DNA from: Squalus acanthias
Taxonomy: Eukaryota
Direction of reading: 5' to 3'
Assembly (NCBI GenBank): GCA_030390025.1
Contig: CM059432.1
Span: 58,220,001 to 58,284,000, forward strand
Length of the DNA stretch: 64,000 bases
The translations under genes and the position numbers were made by a program. Below are positions 13,040 through 26,260 of the stretch, piece by piece. Below the pieces are notes generated by a model. That model worked only from the letters and a program-made list of their open reading frames with translations. It searched no databases and was not told the DNA's origin. Positions within the stretch are counted from its first letter, which is position 1. Each line of letters begins with the position of its first letter.

Positions 13040-14580
13040 TAGAAATGTGGAACTCTCTCCCACAAAAAGCAGTAGATGCTAACTCAATTAATAATGTTAA
13101 ATCTAAGATTGCTAAATTTTTGCTAGCCAAGGGTATTAAGGGATATGGAGCCAAGGTAGATAAATGAAATTAGGATACAGATCAGCCATGATCCCACTGA
13201 ATGGCGGAACTGGCTTGAGGAGCTGAATTATCTACTTTTGTTCCTATTTTCCTTGCCTAACAAAAATCTATCAATCTCAGTTTTGAAATTTTAAATGGAC
13301 CTAGCCTCAACTGCTTTTTGGGGAGAGAGTTCCAGATTTCCACTACCCTTTGTGTGAAGAATTGTTTTATGACATCACCCCTGAATGGCCTAGCTCTAAT
13401 TTTAAGTCCCCTTGTTCTGGACTCTCCCAGCAGAGGAAATAGTTTCTCTCTACCTACCCTATCAAATCCTTTAATCATCTTAAACACCTCAATTAGATCA
13501 CCCCTTATTGCAAAAGAAATTCAAAAGGCTAATGGAATGTTGGCCTTTATTTCAAGTGGGCTGGAATACAAAGGGGTGGAAGTTATGTGACAGCCATACA
13601 GAGCCCTTGTTAGATCCCATCTGGAGCACTGCACTGAGATCTGGGCAGCACACCTCAAGAATGATATATTGGCCTTGGAGGAGGTGCAGCACAGATTCAC
13701 CAGAATGATACCGAGCCTAAAAGGGTTAAATTATGAGGCCAGGTTGCATAGACAAGGCTTGTGTTCCCTTAAGTATAGAGGAATAAGGGGTGATCTAATT
13801 GAGGTGTTTTAGATGATTAATGGATTTGATAGGGTAGATAGAGAGAAACTATTTCCTCTGCTGGGAGAGTCCAGAACAAGGGGGCTTAAAATTAGAGCTA
13901 GGCCATTCAGGGGTGATGTCATAAAACAATTCTTCACACAAAGGGTAGTGGAAATCTGGAACTCTCGCCCCCAAAAAGCAGTTGAGGCGAGGTCCATTGA
14001 AAATTTCAAAACTGAGATTGATAGATTTTTGTTAGGCAAGGAAAATAGGAACAGGAGGAGGCCATTCAGCCCCTCAAGCCTGTTCCACCATTCAATGAGA
14101 TCATGGCCGATCTATATCCTAACTTCATTTATCCACCTTGGCTTCATATCCATTAATACCCTTGGCTAGCAAAAATCTATCAATCTCAGATTTAAAATTA
14201 TTGATTGAGTTAGCATCAACTGCTTTTTGTGGGATAGAGTTCCACATTTCGACCACCCTTTGCATGAAGAAGTGTTTCCTAACTTTTCTCCTGAATGGCC
14301 TGGCTCTGATTTTAAGGTTACATCCCCTTGTCCTAGGCTCCCTGACCAGCAGAAAACAGTTTCTCTTTATGTACCCTATCAGTTCCTTTCAAAATCCTAA
14401 AAACCTCAATCACCCCTTAATCTTCTATAGTCCAGTGAATACAAGCCTAGTTTATGTAATCTCTCCTCATAATTTAACTCTTGGAGCCCTGGTAACATTC
14501 TGGTGAATCTGCGCTGCATTCCTTCCAAGGCCAATATTTCCTTTCTAAGGTATGGTGTCCAGAACTGTATATAGGACTCC
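13040..14580. mobile_element. Cluster of four CR1 3' fragments in alternating orientation, with an internal ~270-bp inverted duplication
   Basis: CR1 C-terminal peptides on both strands (ORFs 13257..13487 - and 13813..14169 +); arms 13239-13509 and 13782-14053. Confidence 0.85.
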
Positions 14581-14584
14581 AGAG

Positions 14585-15878
14585 CTGGCGAGTTGTTGCA
14601 GTGCATCTTGTAGATGGTACACACTGCAGCCACGGTGCGCCAGTGGTGGAGGGAGTGAATGTTTAAGGTGGTGGATAGGGTGCCTATCAAGCGGGCTGCT
14701 TTGTCCTGGATGGTTTTGAGCTTGTTGAGTGTTGTTGGAGCTGCTCTCATCCGGGCAAGTGGAGAATATTCCATCACACTCCTGACTTGTACCTTTTAGA
14801 TGGTGAAAAGGCTTTGTGGAGTCAGGAGGTGAGACACTCGCCGCAGAATACCCAGCCTCTGACCTGCTCTTGTAGCGACAGTATTTATGTGGCTAGTCCA
14901 GTTATGTTTCTGATCAATGGTGACCCCCAGGTTGTTGATGGTGGGGGAATTCAGTGATGGTAATGGCATTGAATGTCAAGGGGCGGTGATTCTCGCTTCT
15001 TGGAGATGGTCATTGCCTGGCACTTGTTTGGCGCGAATGTTACTTGCCACTTATCAGCTCAAGCCTGAATGTTGTCCAGGTCTTGCTGTATGCAGGCGTG
15101 GACTGCTTCATTATCTGGGGAGTTGCAAATGGAACTGAACACTGTGCAATCATCAGCGAGCATCCCCACTTCTGACCTTATGATGGAGGGAAGGTCATTG
15201 ATGAAGCAGCTGAAGATGGTTGGGCCTAGGACACTGCCCTGAGGAACTCCTGCAGCGATGTCCTGGGGCTGAGATGATTGACCTCCAACAAGCACAACTA
15301 TCTTCCTTTGTGCTAGGTATGACTCCAGCCAGTGGAGAGTTTTCTCTCGATTCCCATTGACTTCAATCTTACTAGGGCTCCTTGATGCCACACTCGGTCA
15401 AATGCTGCCTTGATATCAAGGGCAGTCACACTCACCTCACTTCTGGAATTCAGCTCTTTTGTCCATGTTTGGACCAAAGCTGTAATGAGGTCTGGAGCCG
15501 AGTGGTCCTGGCAGAACCCAAACTGAGCATCGGTGAGCAGGTTATTGGTGAGTAAGTGCCGCTTGATAGCACAGTTGATGACACCTTCCATCACTTCACT
15601 GATGATTGAGTGTAGACTGATGGGGCGGTAATTGGCCGGATTGGATTTGTCCTGCTTTTTGTGGACAGGACATACCTGGACAGTTTTCCACATTATCGGT
15701 TAGATGCCAGTGTACTGGAACAGCTTGGCTAGAGGTGCGACTAGTTCTGGAGCACAAGTACTCAGCACAACAGTTGGGATGTTGTCAGGGCCCACAGCCT
15801 TTGCTGTATCCAGTGTGCTCAGCTGTTTCTTGATATCATGTGGAGTGAATCGAATTGGCTGAAGACTGGCTTCTGTGA
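14585..15878 (-). mobile_element. Decayed RT fragment of a second, distinct CR1-group/jockey-like LINE family
   Basis: ORFs give NYRPISL, QFGF, LDIKAAFDRVWHQG, GVPQGSVLGP, ADDCT, with frameshifts. Confidence 0.85.
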
Positions 15879-16434
15879 CCAATATGAAAGAACAGAATCG
15901 TTCTCAGTGAGATTCAATCGAGTTCCTACTTTTCCTTGTATCAAAAAGGATTCACTTGCAGAGCTGCCACTCAAATCTACCATTTTGATTGAGAAACTTT
16001 CATCCTTTGGTATGGGAACTGTGCTAACCTCATTGTCTATTTAACTAAGTGACATGCTGGATGCCATGAATGGAAGTCATTCTAACATTAAAGGTGTGAA
16101 CAGCACTGAAGTACACTTTTCAACCCCCTTGATAATAACCTTGATAATCATTACAAATCCATCTTTAGTATATATAAATGTCTTGCATCTAAAGTGCAAC
16201 TTTGTCCAAATTTTAATGGGGAATGATCTTAATGGCTAAATCATTTGCCCCGAGAAAGCACATCAAAATTCCTATCAAGTTAGAAAAGTATTTTGAAATT
16301 CTAGGAATTTTCCCATTGTAACATGAACCTGACTTTATATCAAAAAATAATATTGATTAAACCAAAAATCCTCCCCAGGACAATTAGGTAGAGATCTCAA
16401 AATGTTGCACCAATACCTATGGAGGCATACCAGA

Positions 16435-17820
16435 TCATAGTGTCATAGAGTCATAACGGCACAGAAGGAGGCCATTTGGCCCATCGAGTCTGTGCCGGCT
16501 CTCTGCAGAGCAATCGAGTCAGTCCCATTCCCCCGCTCTATCCCCGTAGCTCTGCAAGTTTATTTCTCGCTGCCGATCCAGCCTCCCCTTGAAAACATTG
16601 AGTGTTTCCGCTTCCACCACTTCCATCGGCAGCGAGTTCCAGGTCCTCACCACTCACTGCGTAAAAAGGTTTTTCCTCACGTCCCTCCTGTATCTCTTGC
16701 CCAAAACCTTAAATCTGTGTCCCCTAGTCCTTGTACCATCAACTAGTGGGAACAGCCTTTCCTCGTCTAGCCTATCCAAACCCGTCATAATCTTGTACAC
16801 CTCTATCAAATCACCCCTCAACCTCCTTTGCTCCAATGAAAACAAATCCAGCTTCTCCAACCTGTCCTTGTGGCTAAGATCCCCCATCCCCGGAACCATT
16901 CTGGTAAATCTCCTCTGCACCCTCTCAAGTGCCTTCACATCCTTCCTAAAGTGTGGTGACCAGAACTGGACGTAATACTCCAGTTGTGGCCTAACCAGTA
17001 CTTCATAAAGGTTCAGCATAACTTCTCTACTTTTGTACTCAATACCTCTATTTATGAAGCCCAAGATCCCAAATGCTTTGCTAACCACTCTCTCAATATG
17101 TCCCGCCACCTTCAGGGACCTATGCACATTAATTCCCAGGTCCCTCTGTCCCTGCACACTCTTTAAAACTGTGCCATTAAGTGTATATTGCCTCTCCCTG
17201 TTCCTTCTGCCAAAATGCATCACCTCACACTTCTCTGTATTAAATTCCATCTGCCACGTGTCTGCCCATTCTGCTAGCCTTTCTATGTTATGTTGCAGTT
17301 GATTGGTATCATCCTCACTGTTTGCCACCCCCCCAAGTTTGGTGTCATCGTCAAATTTAGAAATTCTACTCTGTATTCCAATATCCAGGTCATTTATATA
17401 TATCAAAAAAAGCAGCGGCCCCAGCACTGACCCTTGGGGAACACCACTGTCTACCATCCTCCAGTCTGAAAAACAGCCACTTACCACAACTCGCTGTTTT
17501 CTGTCCTTAAACCAATTCCTTATCCAAGCTGCCACTGACCCACCTATTCCATGAGCCTCAATTTTGTTAACCAGCCTTCTATGTGGTACTTTGTCAAACG
17601 CCTTCCTAAAATCCATGTAGTCAACATCCATTGCATTCCCTTCATCAATCCTGTCTGTTACTTCATCAAAAAATTCAATGAGATTAGTCACACACGATCT
17701 GCCTTTTACAAATCCGTGTTGGCTCTCCTTAATTAGCTTAAACCTCTCCAAGTGCCCGTTAATTTTTTCCTTGATTATTGTTTCTAAAATTTACCCACCA
17801 CTGATGCTAAACTGACCACC
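16435..17820 (-). mobile_element. 5'-truncated CR1 LINE
   Basis: ORF 16654..17751 has RT motifs; TCATAG-type tail near 16435-16455. Confidence 0.92.
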
Positions 17821-18585
17821 TCCAGTGTTTTATATCTTGTGCCAAATTAACCACAGAAAGAATACTATTCGAATGAAACATAAGCTAAATAATATTTGAA
17901 AATAAACCTGTCTGTACCTCAGAAAGCAACTCAAAAAGACACAAACAGAAGTGAATGTTTGACAAAGGCATCAATCACCACACGTACTTAGGGCAAAAAT
18001 TAATCAGAGCAAATTATTCATCACACTGGCCACCTCTGGCATTTTCCAAGTCAGGTGTGCAAGTGCTCAGTATTAAATGCTGTCACCATCAATGAAGAAT
18101 TAATTAGTATAAACTCAACAGAAAGTAGCTCAAGAAAATAATTACAGATGCTCCAAATTTGAGAACATCAATGGAAGTCCACCATTGAATTTCTTCACTG
18201 CAAGCAAAACTTATTAAACACAAGGTGACACGAAGCTCAGGAAACTTGCCACTTATAAATATATATAATCACACAGACATTCAATGAATCATTTACCAGT
18301 GCTGTCCAAGACAAAGACCCCAATAGAGAAAAGTTTTCTCAGTCTGATCCCTATGAGTCCTATCTGGCAGATTCTGACAAGAAGAGGAAATCCAGTGGAC
18401 TAGGTAACATTTCTATCTAATCCATGAGTCAACACTTCTAATATCTTAAGATCTGGAACCATGGAAAACTCAAGTATAGGGGAGCAGGATAGCTCACACT
18501 GTACTTTCATCTCTGGGACCTAGGTTTAAGTGCAGTGGCTTGAGTCCAGACCAATAGGATAAAAGTCTCTGCTAGTTGAAAGAAT

Positions 18586-18835
18586 TGAGAGGTCGCACAA
18601 CACCAGGTTATAGTCCAACAGTTTTATTTGAAATCACAAGCTTTCGGAGCTATCGATTGCTCCTTCCTCAGGTGAAGTAAATTGGATACAGAATCGCCAG
18701 AGCATATATAGATGGAAAACAAAGCATGTGTACTTTACAATTGCAGACCAATAAATTAAATCATCCTGACTATCTGCCGAGGTGTGATAAAGTTAATTAA
18801 GTCAGCCAGGAAGGTACCACATCAAAAGACATAGC
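18586..18835 (-). mobile_element. Solo Penelope-like pseudo-LTR fragment
   Basis: Shares the GTCGCACAACACCAGGTTATAGTCCAACAG block and hammerhead with 25442 and 31591; 12-bp direct repeat AGTTGAAAGAAT at 18574-18585 and 18836-18847. Confidence 0.8.
18634..18675 (-). ncRNA. Minimal type I hammerhead ribozyme motif
   Basis: Minus strand reads UCAC-CUGAGGA-A-GGAGC-AAUCGAUA-GCUCC-GAAA-GC-UU-GUGA. Confidence 0.75.
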
Positions 18836-19094
18836 AGTTGAAAGAATCCCATGTGAAATCAGTTTTAGTAGACTAACACTTGTGAGTATGGGTTCACACT
18901 CCCTATAATTTGGCAAAGTTACCTAGAGCTCTCACATTGATGCAGTAGAGCTGCTCTTCTGGGATTTTGCTTAAAGCATATTATTAGGATATAGTACAGG
19001 CAGCTTTACTTTGCATGTGGCATCCAATAACTGACTTAGGACTATTTGCTGCCAACCTTGGATGGCAAAAACAGCAAAGTCCCATTGCTTATGT

Positions 19095-19500
19095 TATCCA
19101 GACTAGTAGTCCAGAGAATGTGAATTCAAACCCTGCTATGGCAATTTGAATTTAGTTTTTTTTAAATTTGTAAATTAAAAGCTGGTATCAGTAAAAGTGA
19201 CCATGAAGCTGTCGGATTGTTGGAAAAACCCAACTGGTCCACTGTTGTCCTTTAGGGAAGGAAACCTGCTTTCTTTACCCGGTCTGACCTATATGTGACT
19301 CCAGTCCCACATCAATGTGCTTGACGCATAACAGACTTCTGAAGAGGCCTAACAAGCCACTTAGTTGTATCAAACCACTACAAAGACTGTAGCAGTTCAA
19401 GAAGAAGGCCCACCGCTACCTTTACAGGGCAACTAGGGATGGGCAATAAATGCCAACTTTGCCAGTAAAGCCCACATCACAAGAATGAATATAAAAAAAC
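19095..19500 (+). mobile_element. tRNA-derived SINE with LINE-type 3' tail
   Basis: B-box-like GAATTCAAACC near 19123. The tail GGGCAATAAATGCC...CCCACATC...A-rich is shared with 36289-36464 and 53880-54020. Confidence 0.7.
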
Positions 19501-20591
19501 AACATTGATGAGCACAAACACTCATCAATTGAAGAAAATAAAAGAAAAAGTAGTTTGGGAAAATTCTTTGTCATGACAACATCCAATCAGTTGTTTCAAT
19601 TAAAATGACCAACCAATTGATCTATTCAACCAGCTCCTTCACATATACACACAGACCAGTAGAAACTTGTGCAAAGAAAGGATAGCTCCCATAATAAGTT
19701 CAACCGCAAGTCCTTTTAAGGACCCCTGGTTAGGCCACTCAATTTCCTGGTACAACTATCAAAAATGTATATTTTGCAATTGGGGTCCTACACTGATTTG
19801 TATATTTAAATAGCCTTACGCCTGTTTCATGTGGACGGGCTGCTTGCCTAATTACAGGCTTGCCTGAATATTGCATCAGGCAAGCCTTGGTTGTCAAAGG
19901 GATGGCCAACGTTCCCTTTCACCCCCAATTTTCAACTGCTGGCTGCCTGTTTATCAGGTGCAAATTGGACATCCGTGAGTTAAATTTCTTTCCCTATTTA
20001 CATACATTAATGCTTACTTTGCTGCTGTTACAGGCATAACAGCAGTAAAAGAAAGGTGTGAGAGAAAAGGCAGAGATAGAGGGAAACAGAGTTTTCCTCG
20101 CCCTGCTAAATTAGTTTTCTATGTTGTTTCTTCTCTCCCTGCCATGGACCTTCTTTGCCTGAGAGGATGACCTGTTTCTAGGCTCGTTGTTGCTACTCTA
20201 ATGCCAGCTATTAGCAGGTGCATGCGAGTGGTCCAGAGAGACTTGTCATTTGATTTTTATTTCCACCCATGGAGAAGTGGCAGGCATCTACCCAGCAACT
20301 TTCTACAATGGTTTAGGTCAGGAACTCACCACACAAGGAACCACCAGCATAAACCTGCATGCCAATACTCTATATAGTAATTGTGCAACATAATACTATT
20401 GGGATATGGATTTGGTGTGGGGACTAGAGTTAAGGGCAAACTGAATGTAAAATGCAAACTATTGCCTATCTAACTCCCCTCTTTGGTTACTTCTTATTTG
20501 GTTACCTTTTTGATGAGCTATTATAGGGCAGCTTACACAAATGTGGTCTCCACTCTCTGTGCTTGCAGGTTTGCCCACGATAGCAGCACGA

Positions 20592-22897
20592 CTCATAGAA
20601 TCATAGAAATTTACAGCATGGAAGGAGGCCATTTCGGCCCATCGTGTCCGCGCCAGCCGACAAAGAGCTATCCAGCCTAATCCCACTTTCCAGCTCTTGG
20701 TCTGTAGCCCTGTAGGTTACGGCACTTCAAGTGCACATCCAAGTACTTTTTAAATATGGTTAGGGTTTCTGCCTCTACCACCCTTTCAGGCAGTGAGTTC
20801 CAAACCCCCACCAACCTCTGGGTGAAGAAATTTCCCCTCAAATCCCCTCTAAATCTCCGACCAATTACTTTAAATCGTTGACCCCTGGTTGTTGACCCCT
20901 CTGCTAAGGGAAATAGGTCCTTCCTATCCACTCTATCTAGGCCGCTCATAATTTTATACACCTCAATAAGGTCTCCCCTCAGCCTCCTCTGTTCCAAAGA
21001 AAACAACCCCAGCCTATCCAATCTTTCCTCATAGCTAAAATTCTCCAGTCCAGGCAACATTCTCGTAAATCTCCTCTGTACCCTCTCTAGTGCAATCACA
21101 TCTTTCCTGTAATGTGGTGACCAGAACTGCACACAGTACTCTAACTGTGGCCTAACTAGTGTTTTATACAGTTCAAGCATAACCTCCCTGCTCTTGTATT
21201 CTATGCCTTGGCTAACAAAGGCAAGTATTCCGTATGCCTTCTTAACCACCTTAACTACTTGGCCTGCTACCTTCAGGGATCTGTGGACCTGCACTCCAAG
21301 GTCCCTTTGTTCCTCTATACTTCTCAGTGTCCCACCATTTAATGTGTATTCCCTTGCCTTGTTAGCCCTCCCCAAAAGCATTACCTCACATTCTCCAGAT
21401 TGAATTCCATTTGCCACTGTTCTGCCCACCTGACCAGTTCATTGATATCTTCCTGCAGTCTACAGCTTTCTTCTTCATTATCAACAACACAGCTGATTTT
21501 AGTATCATCTGCAAACTACTTAATTATACTCCCTACATTCAAGTCTAAATCATTGATATATATCACAAAAAGCAAGGGACCTAGTACTGAGCCCTTCAGA
21601 ACCCCACTGGAAACAGCCTTCCAGTCACAAAAACACCCATCAACCATTACCCTTTGCTTCCTGCCTTTGAGCCAATTTCGGATCCAACTTGACACTTTGC
21701 CCTGGATCCCATGGGCTTTCACTTTCGTGACCAGTCTGCCATGTGGGACCTTATCAAAAGCCTTGCTAAAATCCATATACACTACATCAAACGCACTACC
21801 CTCATCGACCCTCCTTGTTACTTCCTCAAAAAATTCAATCAAGTTAGTCAGACACGACCTTCCCTTAACAAATCCATGCTGACTATCCTTGATTAATCCG
21901 TGTCTTTCTAAATGAAGATTTATCCTGTCCCTCAGAACTTTTTCCAATAATTTTCCCACCACCGAGGTTAGGCTAACTGGCCTATAATTACTCGGTCTAT
22001 CCTTTCTCCCTTTTTAAACAGTGCTACGACATTAGCAGTCCTCCAGTCCTCCGGAACTACACCTGTAGCCAGAGAGGATTGGAAAATGATAGTCAGAGCC
22101 TCTGCTATTTCCTCTTTTGCTTCTCTTAACAGCCTGGGATACATTTCATCCGGGCCTGGGGATTTATCCACTTTCAAAGCTGCTAAGCCCCTTAATACTT
22201 CCTCTGTCACTATGTTTATTTCATCTAATATTTCACACTCCTCCTCCCTGATTGCGATGTCAGCATCGCCCCTCTCTTTTGTGAAAACAGACGCAAAGTA
22301 TTCATTAAGAACCCTACCGACGTCTCCTGCCTCCACACACAGATTACCTTTATGGTCTCTAATGGGCCCTACTCTTTCTTTAGTTATCCTCTTGCTCTTA
22401 ATGTATTTATAAAACATCTTTGGGTTTTCCTTGATTTTACTTGCCAAAATTTTTTCATGCTCTCTCTTTGCTTTCCTAATTTCCTTTTTAACTGCACCCC
22501 TGCTCTTTCTATACTCCTTTAGAATTTCTGCAGTATTGAGGCCTCGGTATCTGTCATAAGCCTCCCTTTTTTTCTTTATCCTACCCTGTATGTCCCTTGA
22601 CATCCAGGGGGCTCTAGATCTGTTAGTCCCACCCTTTTTCTTTAAGGGAACATACTTGCTCTGAACCCTCAGGATCTCCTCCTTGAATGCCTCCCACTGC
22701 TCTGACACTGATTTACCTTCAAGTAACTGTTTCCAGTCCACTTTGGCTAAATCCCATCTCAGCTTAACAAAATTGTCTTTCTCCCAATTGAAAACTTTTA
22801 TTCCTGGTCTATCTTTGTCTTTTTCCATAATTACCCTAAATCTAACTGAATTATAATCATTAGCACCAAAATGCTCTCCCGTTGATACCCCTTCCAC
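20592..22897 (-). mobile_element. 5'-truncated, frameshifted CR1 LINE
   Basis: ORFs 21968..22897, 21516..21962 and 20677..21429 are CR1 ORF2; (TCATAGAA)2 tail. Confidence 0.93.
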
Positions 22898-23064
22898 CAG
22901 ACTCCATCAGATTCCATGGGGTCGGGAAGTTTACATAATCTGAATTAGCTCCCTTTGCATTTTTCCTGTACAAAGAAAACATAAGTCATCTGGGGGCAGG
23001 GCATCAGGATTGCATTAGCACTGAAAGGGCTTTTGCACTTTTAAAGGTAGGCAGCAGCTTTTGT

Positions 23065-23290
23065 TTGGAGGCTGACTTACTGGACAACTTGGTTGGAGGA
23101 GCTCCCAGAACTGTACCCTTCAGTGAGGAAAACACGGAGGCTTTATTAGAGGAGATGGCCCTGACATTTTTGGAGGCAGAGGCTATATCCTCCAAATATA
23201 GTCAGCGTATACAAGCATGGCATAAGGTGGCCAATTGTTTGAATGCTGTGCGTTGCTTATTGGAGAAAATAAGGAAAACATTTTGGAAAA
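23065..23290 (+). pseudogene. Decayed Harbinger Myb/SANT-like exon; the element remnant probably continues through 24325-26460
   Basis: Peptide FSEENTEALLEE...AWHKVA...KIRKTF matches the Myb/SANT pattern of the other elements; TIR-like AAATTCTAGACC ends at 26460. Confidence 0.5.
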
Positions 23291-23300
23291 CTCTAATTGA

Positions 23301-24324
23301 CAGGATGTGACTAGGGGTGTCCCGCAGTGATCTGTGTTGGGGCCTCAACTATTCACTGTATTTATTAACGACTTAGATGATGGGATAGAAAGCCATATAT
23401 CCAAATTTGCTGATGCCACAAAGATAGGCGGCATCGTAAGCAGTGTAGATGGAAGCATAAAATTACAAAGTGGTATTGATAGATTAAGCGAATGGGCAAA
23501 ACTGTGGCAAATGGATTTCAGTGTAGGCAAATGTGAGGTTATCCACTTTGGATCTAAAAAGGATAGAACAGGGTACTTTCTAAATGGTGAAAAGCTAAAA
23601 ACAGTGGAGATCCAAAGAGACTTGGGGGTCCAGGTACAGAGATCATTAAAATGTCGTGAACAGGTACAGAAAATAATCAAAAAGGCTAATGGAATGCTGG
23701 CCTTTATATCTAGAGGACTAGAATACAAGGGAGTAGAAGTTATGCTACAGCTATACAAAACCCTGGTTAGACCACAGCTGGAGTACTGTGAGCAGTTCTG
23801 GGCACCAAACCTTAGGAAGGATATATTGGCCTTGGAGGGAGTGCAGCGTACGTTTACCAGAAGGATACCCGGACTCCAAGGGTTAAATTACAAGAAGAGA
23901 TTACACAAACTAGGGTTGTATTCCCTGGTATTTAGAAGGTTAAGGGGTGAATTGATCAAAATTTTCAAGATAATAAGGGGAACGGATAGGGTAGATAGAG
24001 AGAAACTATTTCCACTGGTTGGGGATTCTAGGACGAGGGGGCACAGTCTAAAAATTTGAGCCAGAGCTTTCTGGAGTGAAATTAGGAAACACTTCTACAC
24101 ACAAAGGGTGGTAGAAGTTTGGAACTCTCTTCCACAAACGGCAATCAATGCTAGATGAATTGTTAATTTTAAATCTGAGATTGATAGATTTTTGTTAACC
24201 AAAGGTATTAAAGAATAGAGGGCAAAGGAGGGTATATGGAGTCAGGTCGCAGATCAGCCATAATCTCATTGAATGGCCGGAACAGGCTCGAGGGGCTAAA
24301 TGGCCTACTCCTGTTCCTATGTTC
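23301..24324 (+). mobile_element. CR1 3' fragment (a second short tail lies at ~24405-24462)
   Basis: ORF 23334..24059 is the RT C-terminal half; TTCCTATG tail. Confidence 0.9.
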
Positions 24325-25528
24325 ATAGCTGCTCTGACATCTGTGTAGGCATGCAACAGGGTTTGGGGAGCCTCCAGAGCACCGTGGAGGAGTTGACATC
24401 TCCAGGGCGGAATCGCGGAACAGACTCGAGGAACTGAATGGCCTACTGCTGTTCCTATGTTCCGAGGGTGCCCTAAAGGAGAGGACAGAGCTACAGAGCT
24501 GTATATGGCTACAAACATGTAAGAATGTTAGTGAAGGCAGGGAGCACATGGCCCACCATGGTTGTGCGGGGTAACTGCAGCACAGTGATGACCATAGTAC
24601 TGTTCACGTAGGAGCTGTCAATTACTCCTTAATCTAACTGTCTGCATGGTCATGTGTCAACCTGGGGCACTACTCCTTCTTTCTCCTTCTCCCCCAAAAC
24701 TATAACCGCCAATGGCAGGCCCAACGGAATGCCTGTGCTAGGCTCTATGCTTGCAACTGCAAGGAGCAACTGGTGGCAGCAAGAATGCTGCTGTGGGAGA
24801 TGTGCACCAAAGGGGTGATGCGTTAAAGAAAAGCAGCAGGAAACTGCTGAAAAATGAATGCAAGTTCAGGTTTTCCGACGTGTAATTCAAATCAACGGAG
24901 TATAGTGGGGATTCCCTAGTGTGAGCTGCTGTTATATCAACAAGCTGTCTAAGCAGCTAATCAAAGTCAGAATTTTCACAGACAGTGAACAAGGAAGTGA
25001 GTAAGCTCTCAAAATTCTAACTTTTTAAAAATTTTAGAGAGCAGAAACCAAAGATTGGGGCTCGAACATGGGGAAAAGGCAAACCTGAAAGTAAGATGAA
25101 CAAACTTAAAAATATTTTTTTTTAATAAGTTTCTTAAAAATTTTAAGTTTTATTAAAATGGATAAATTTGACACTGTATAAAATTAAAATTCGTTTTTCA
25201 GGCCCTTAACCTTTGTTTAGCAGTTAATACGCTGTTAAAACCCTAGTTACACCTAATCTCTTTGGGTCTAACTTTTAGTAGGGAATTTAACAGTGTAATT
25301 GCTGTAGAAGAGCCAAGGTTTTCATCAGTTTGGATGATTTGAGAGATTTCACTGATTGCCGGCTCTGTGGGGAGGATGGGTGGGGGGGCGTGATGTGGTG
25401 CAGGTGGGGTGGGGGCACAGCGCAGCCTGTGGAGGAGTAGTGATGTGGAGATGCCGGCGTTGGACTGGGGTGGACAAAAATGAGAAGTCGCACAACACCA
25501 GGTTATAGTCCAACAGATTTATTTAATT

Positions 25529-25566
25529 TTACAAGCTTTCGGAGCTGTCGCTCCTTCGTCAGGTAA
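25529..25566 (-). ncRNA. Minimal hammerhead ribozyme motif (inverted pLTR copy)
   Basis: Exact reverse complement of 26223-26260. Confidence 0.78.
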
Positions 25567-25765
25567 GTTAGCAATGAGAGAATCTCCCAGAATTCACAAT
25601 TTAAACCCAGACAAAATCTATTCACATTATTCGCTACAACAAAGAGCACAGCCAAGACAATGAGATGTGTCCCAGGGGGTCCAACGTGTCAAACCACCTG
25701 CTGGCTGCATATCCTGTCAATTTGTGTTCTTGTGTTAGCCTTTTTAAAAAAAAAAAAAAAAAAAA

Positions 25766-25987
25766 CACCGCGCAACAATCGCCAGGCAGGAGGGTTGCCT
25801 CCCAGTCGGGGAACACTTCAGCAGCCAGGGGCATTCAGCCTCGGATCTGCGGGTAAGCGTTCTCCATGGCGGCCTTCGAGATACACGATAGCGCAAAATC
25901 ATAGAGCAGAAACTGATAGCCAAGTTCCGCACTCATGAGGATGGCCTCAATCGCGATATCGGGTTCATGTCACGATACAGAACGTGA
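25766..25987 (+). pseudogene. C-terminus of a Penelope GIY-YIG endonuclease with one in-frame stop (25889-25891)
   Basis: Manual translation: HRATIARQEGCLPVGEHFSSQGHSASDLRVSVLHGGLRDTR*RKIIEQKLIAKFRTHEDGLNRDIGFMSRYRT*. It carries the PV.EHF...H / R...E..LI....T...GLN pattern of PLE endonucleases. Confidence 0.88.
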
Positions 25988-26222
25988 CTTGACATCATGG
26001 CCGGTCTTCCCAGGTGTTTTTTTTTTTTTTTTGGTTTTTTTTTAAAAAGGCTAACACAAGAACACAAATTGACAGGATATGCAGCCAGCAGGTGGTTTGA
26101 CACGTTGGACCCCCTGGGACACATCTCATTGTCTTGGCTGTGCTCTTTGTTGTAGCGAATAATGTGAATAGATTTTGTCTGGGTTTAAATTGTGAATTCT
26201 GGGAGATTCTCTCATTGCTAAC

Positions 26223-26260
26223 TTACCTGACGAAGGAGCGACAGCTCCGAAAGCTTGTAA
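26223..26260 (+). ncRNA. Minimal hammerhead ribozyme motif
   Basis: UUAC-CUGACGA-A-GGAGC-GACA-GCUCC-GAAA-GC-UU-GUAA, followed by AATAAA. Confidence 0.78.

Noticed and set aside
18300..18403. Plus-strand exon AVQDKDPNREK...
   Set aside because: The acceptor lacks a pyrimidine tract; the overlapping minus-strand candidate has better splice signals.
19856..19887. 12-bp hairpin AGGCTTGCCTGA/TCAGGCAAGCCT
   Set aside because: Sits in an old MITE-like remnant; no evidence of independent function.
24278..24462. CRISPR-like repeat-spacer-repeat
   Set aside because: Two CR1 3' tails separated by Harbinger remnant; eukaryotic context, no array or cas genes.
25665..26124. Paired MCPRGSNV... ORFs with poly-Lys
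   Set aside because: Antisense reading of the inverted pLTR arms and poly-T tract.
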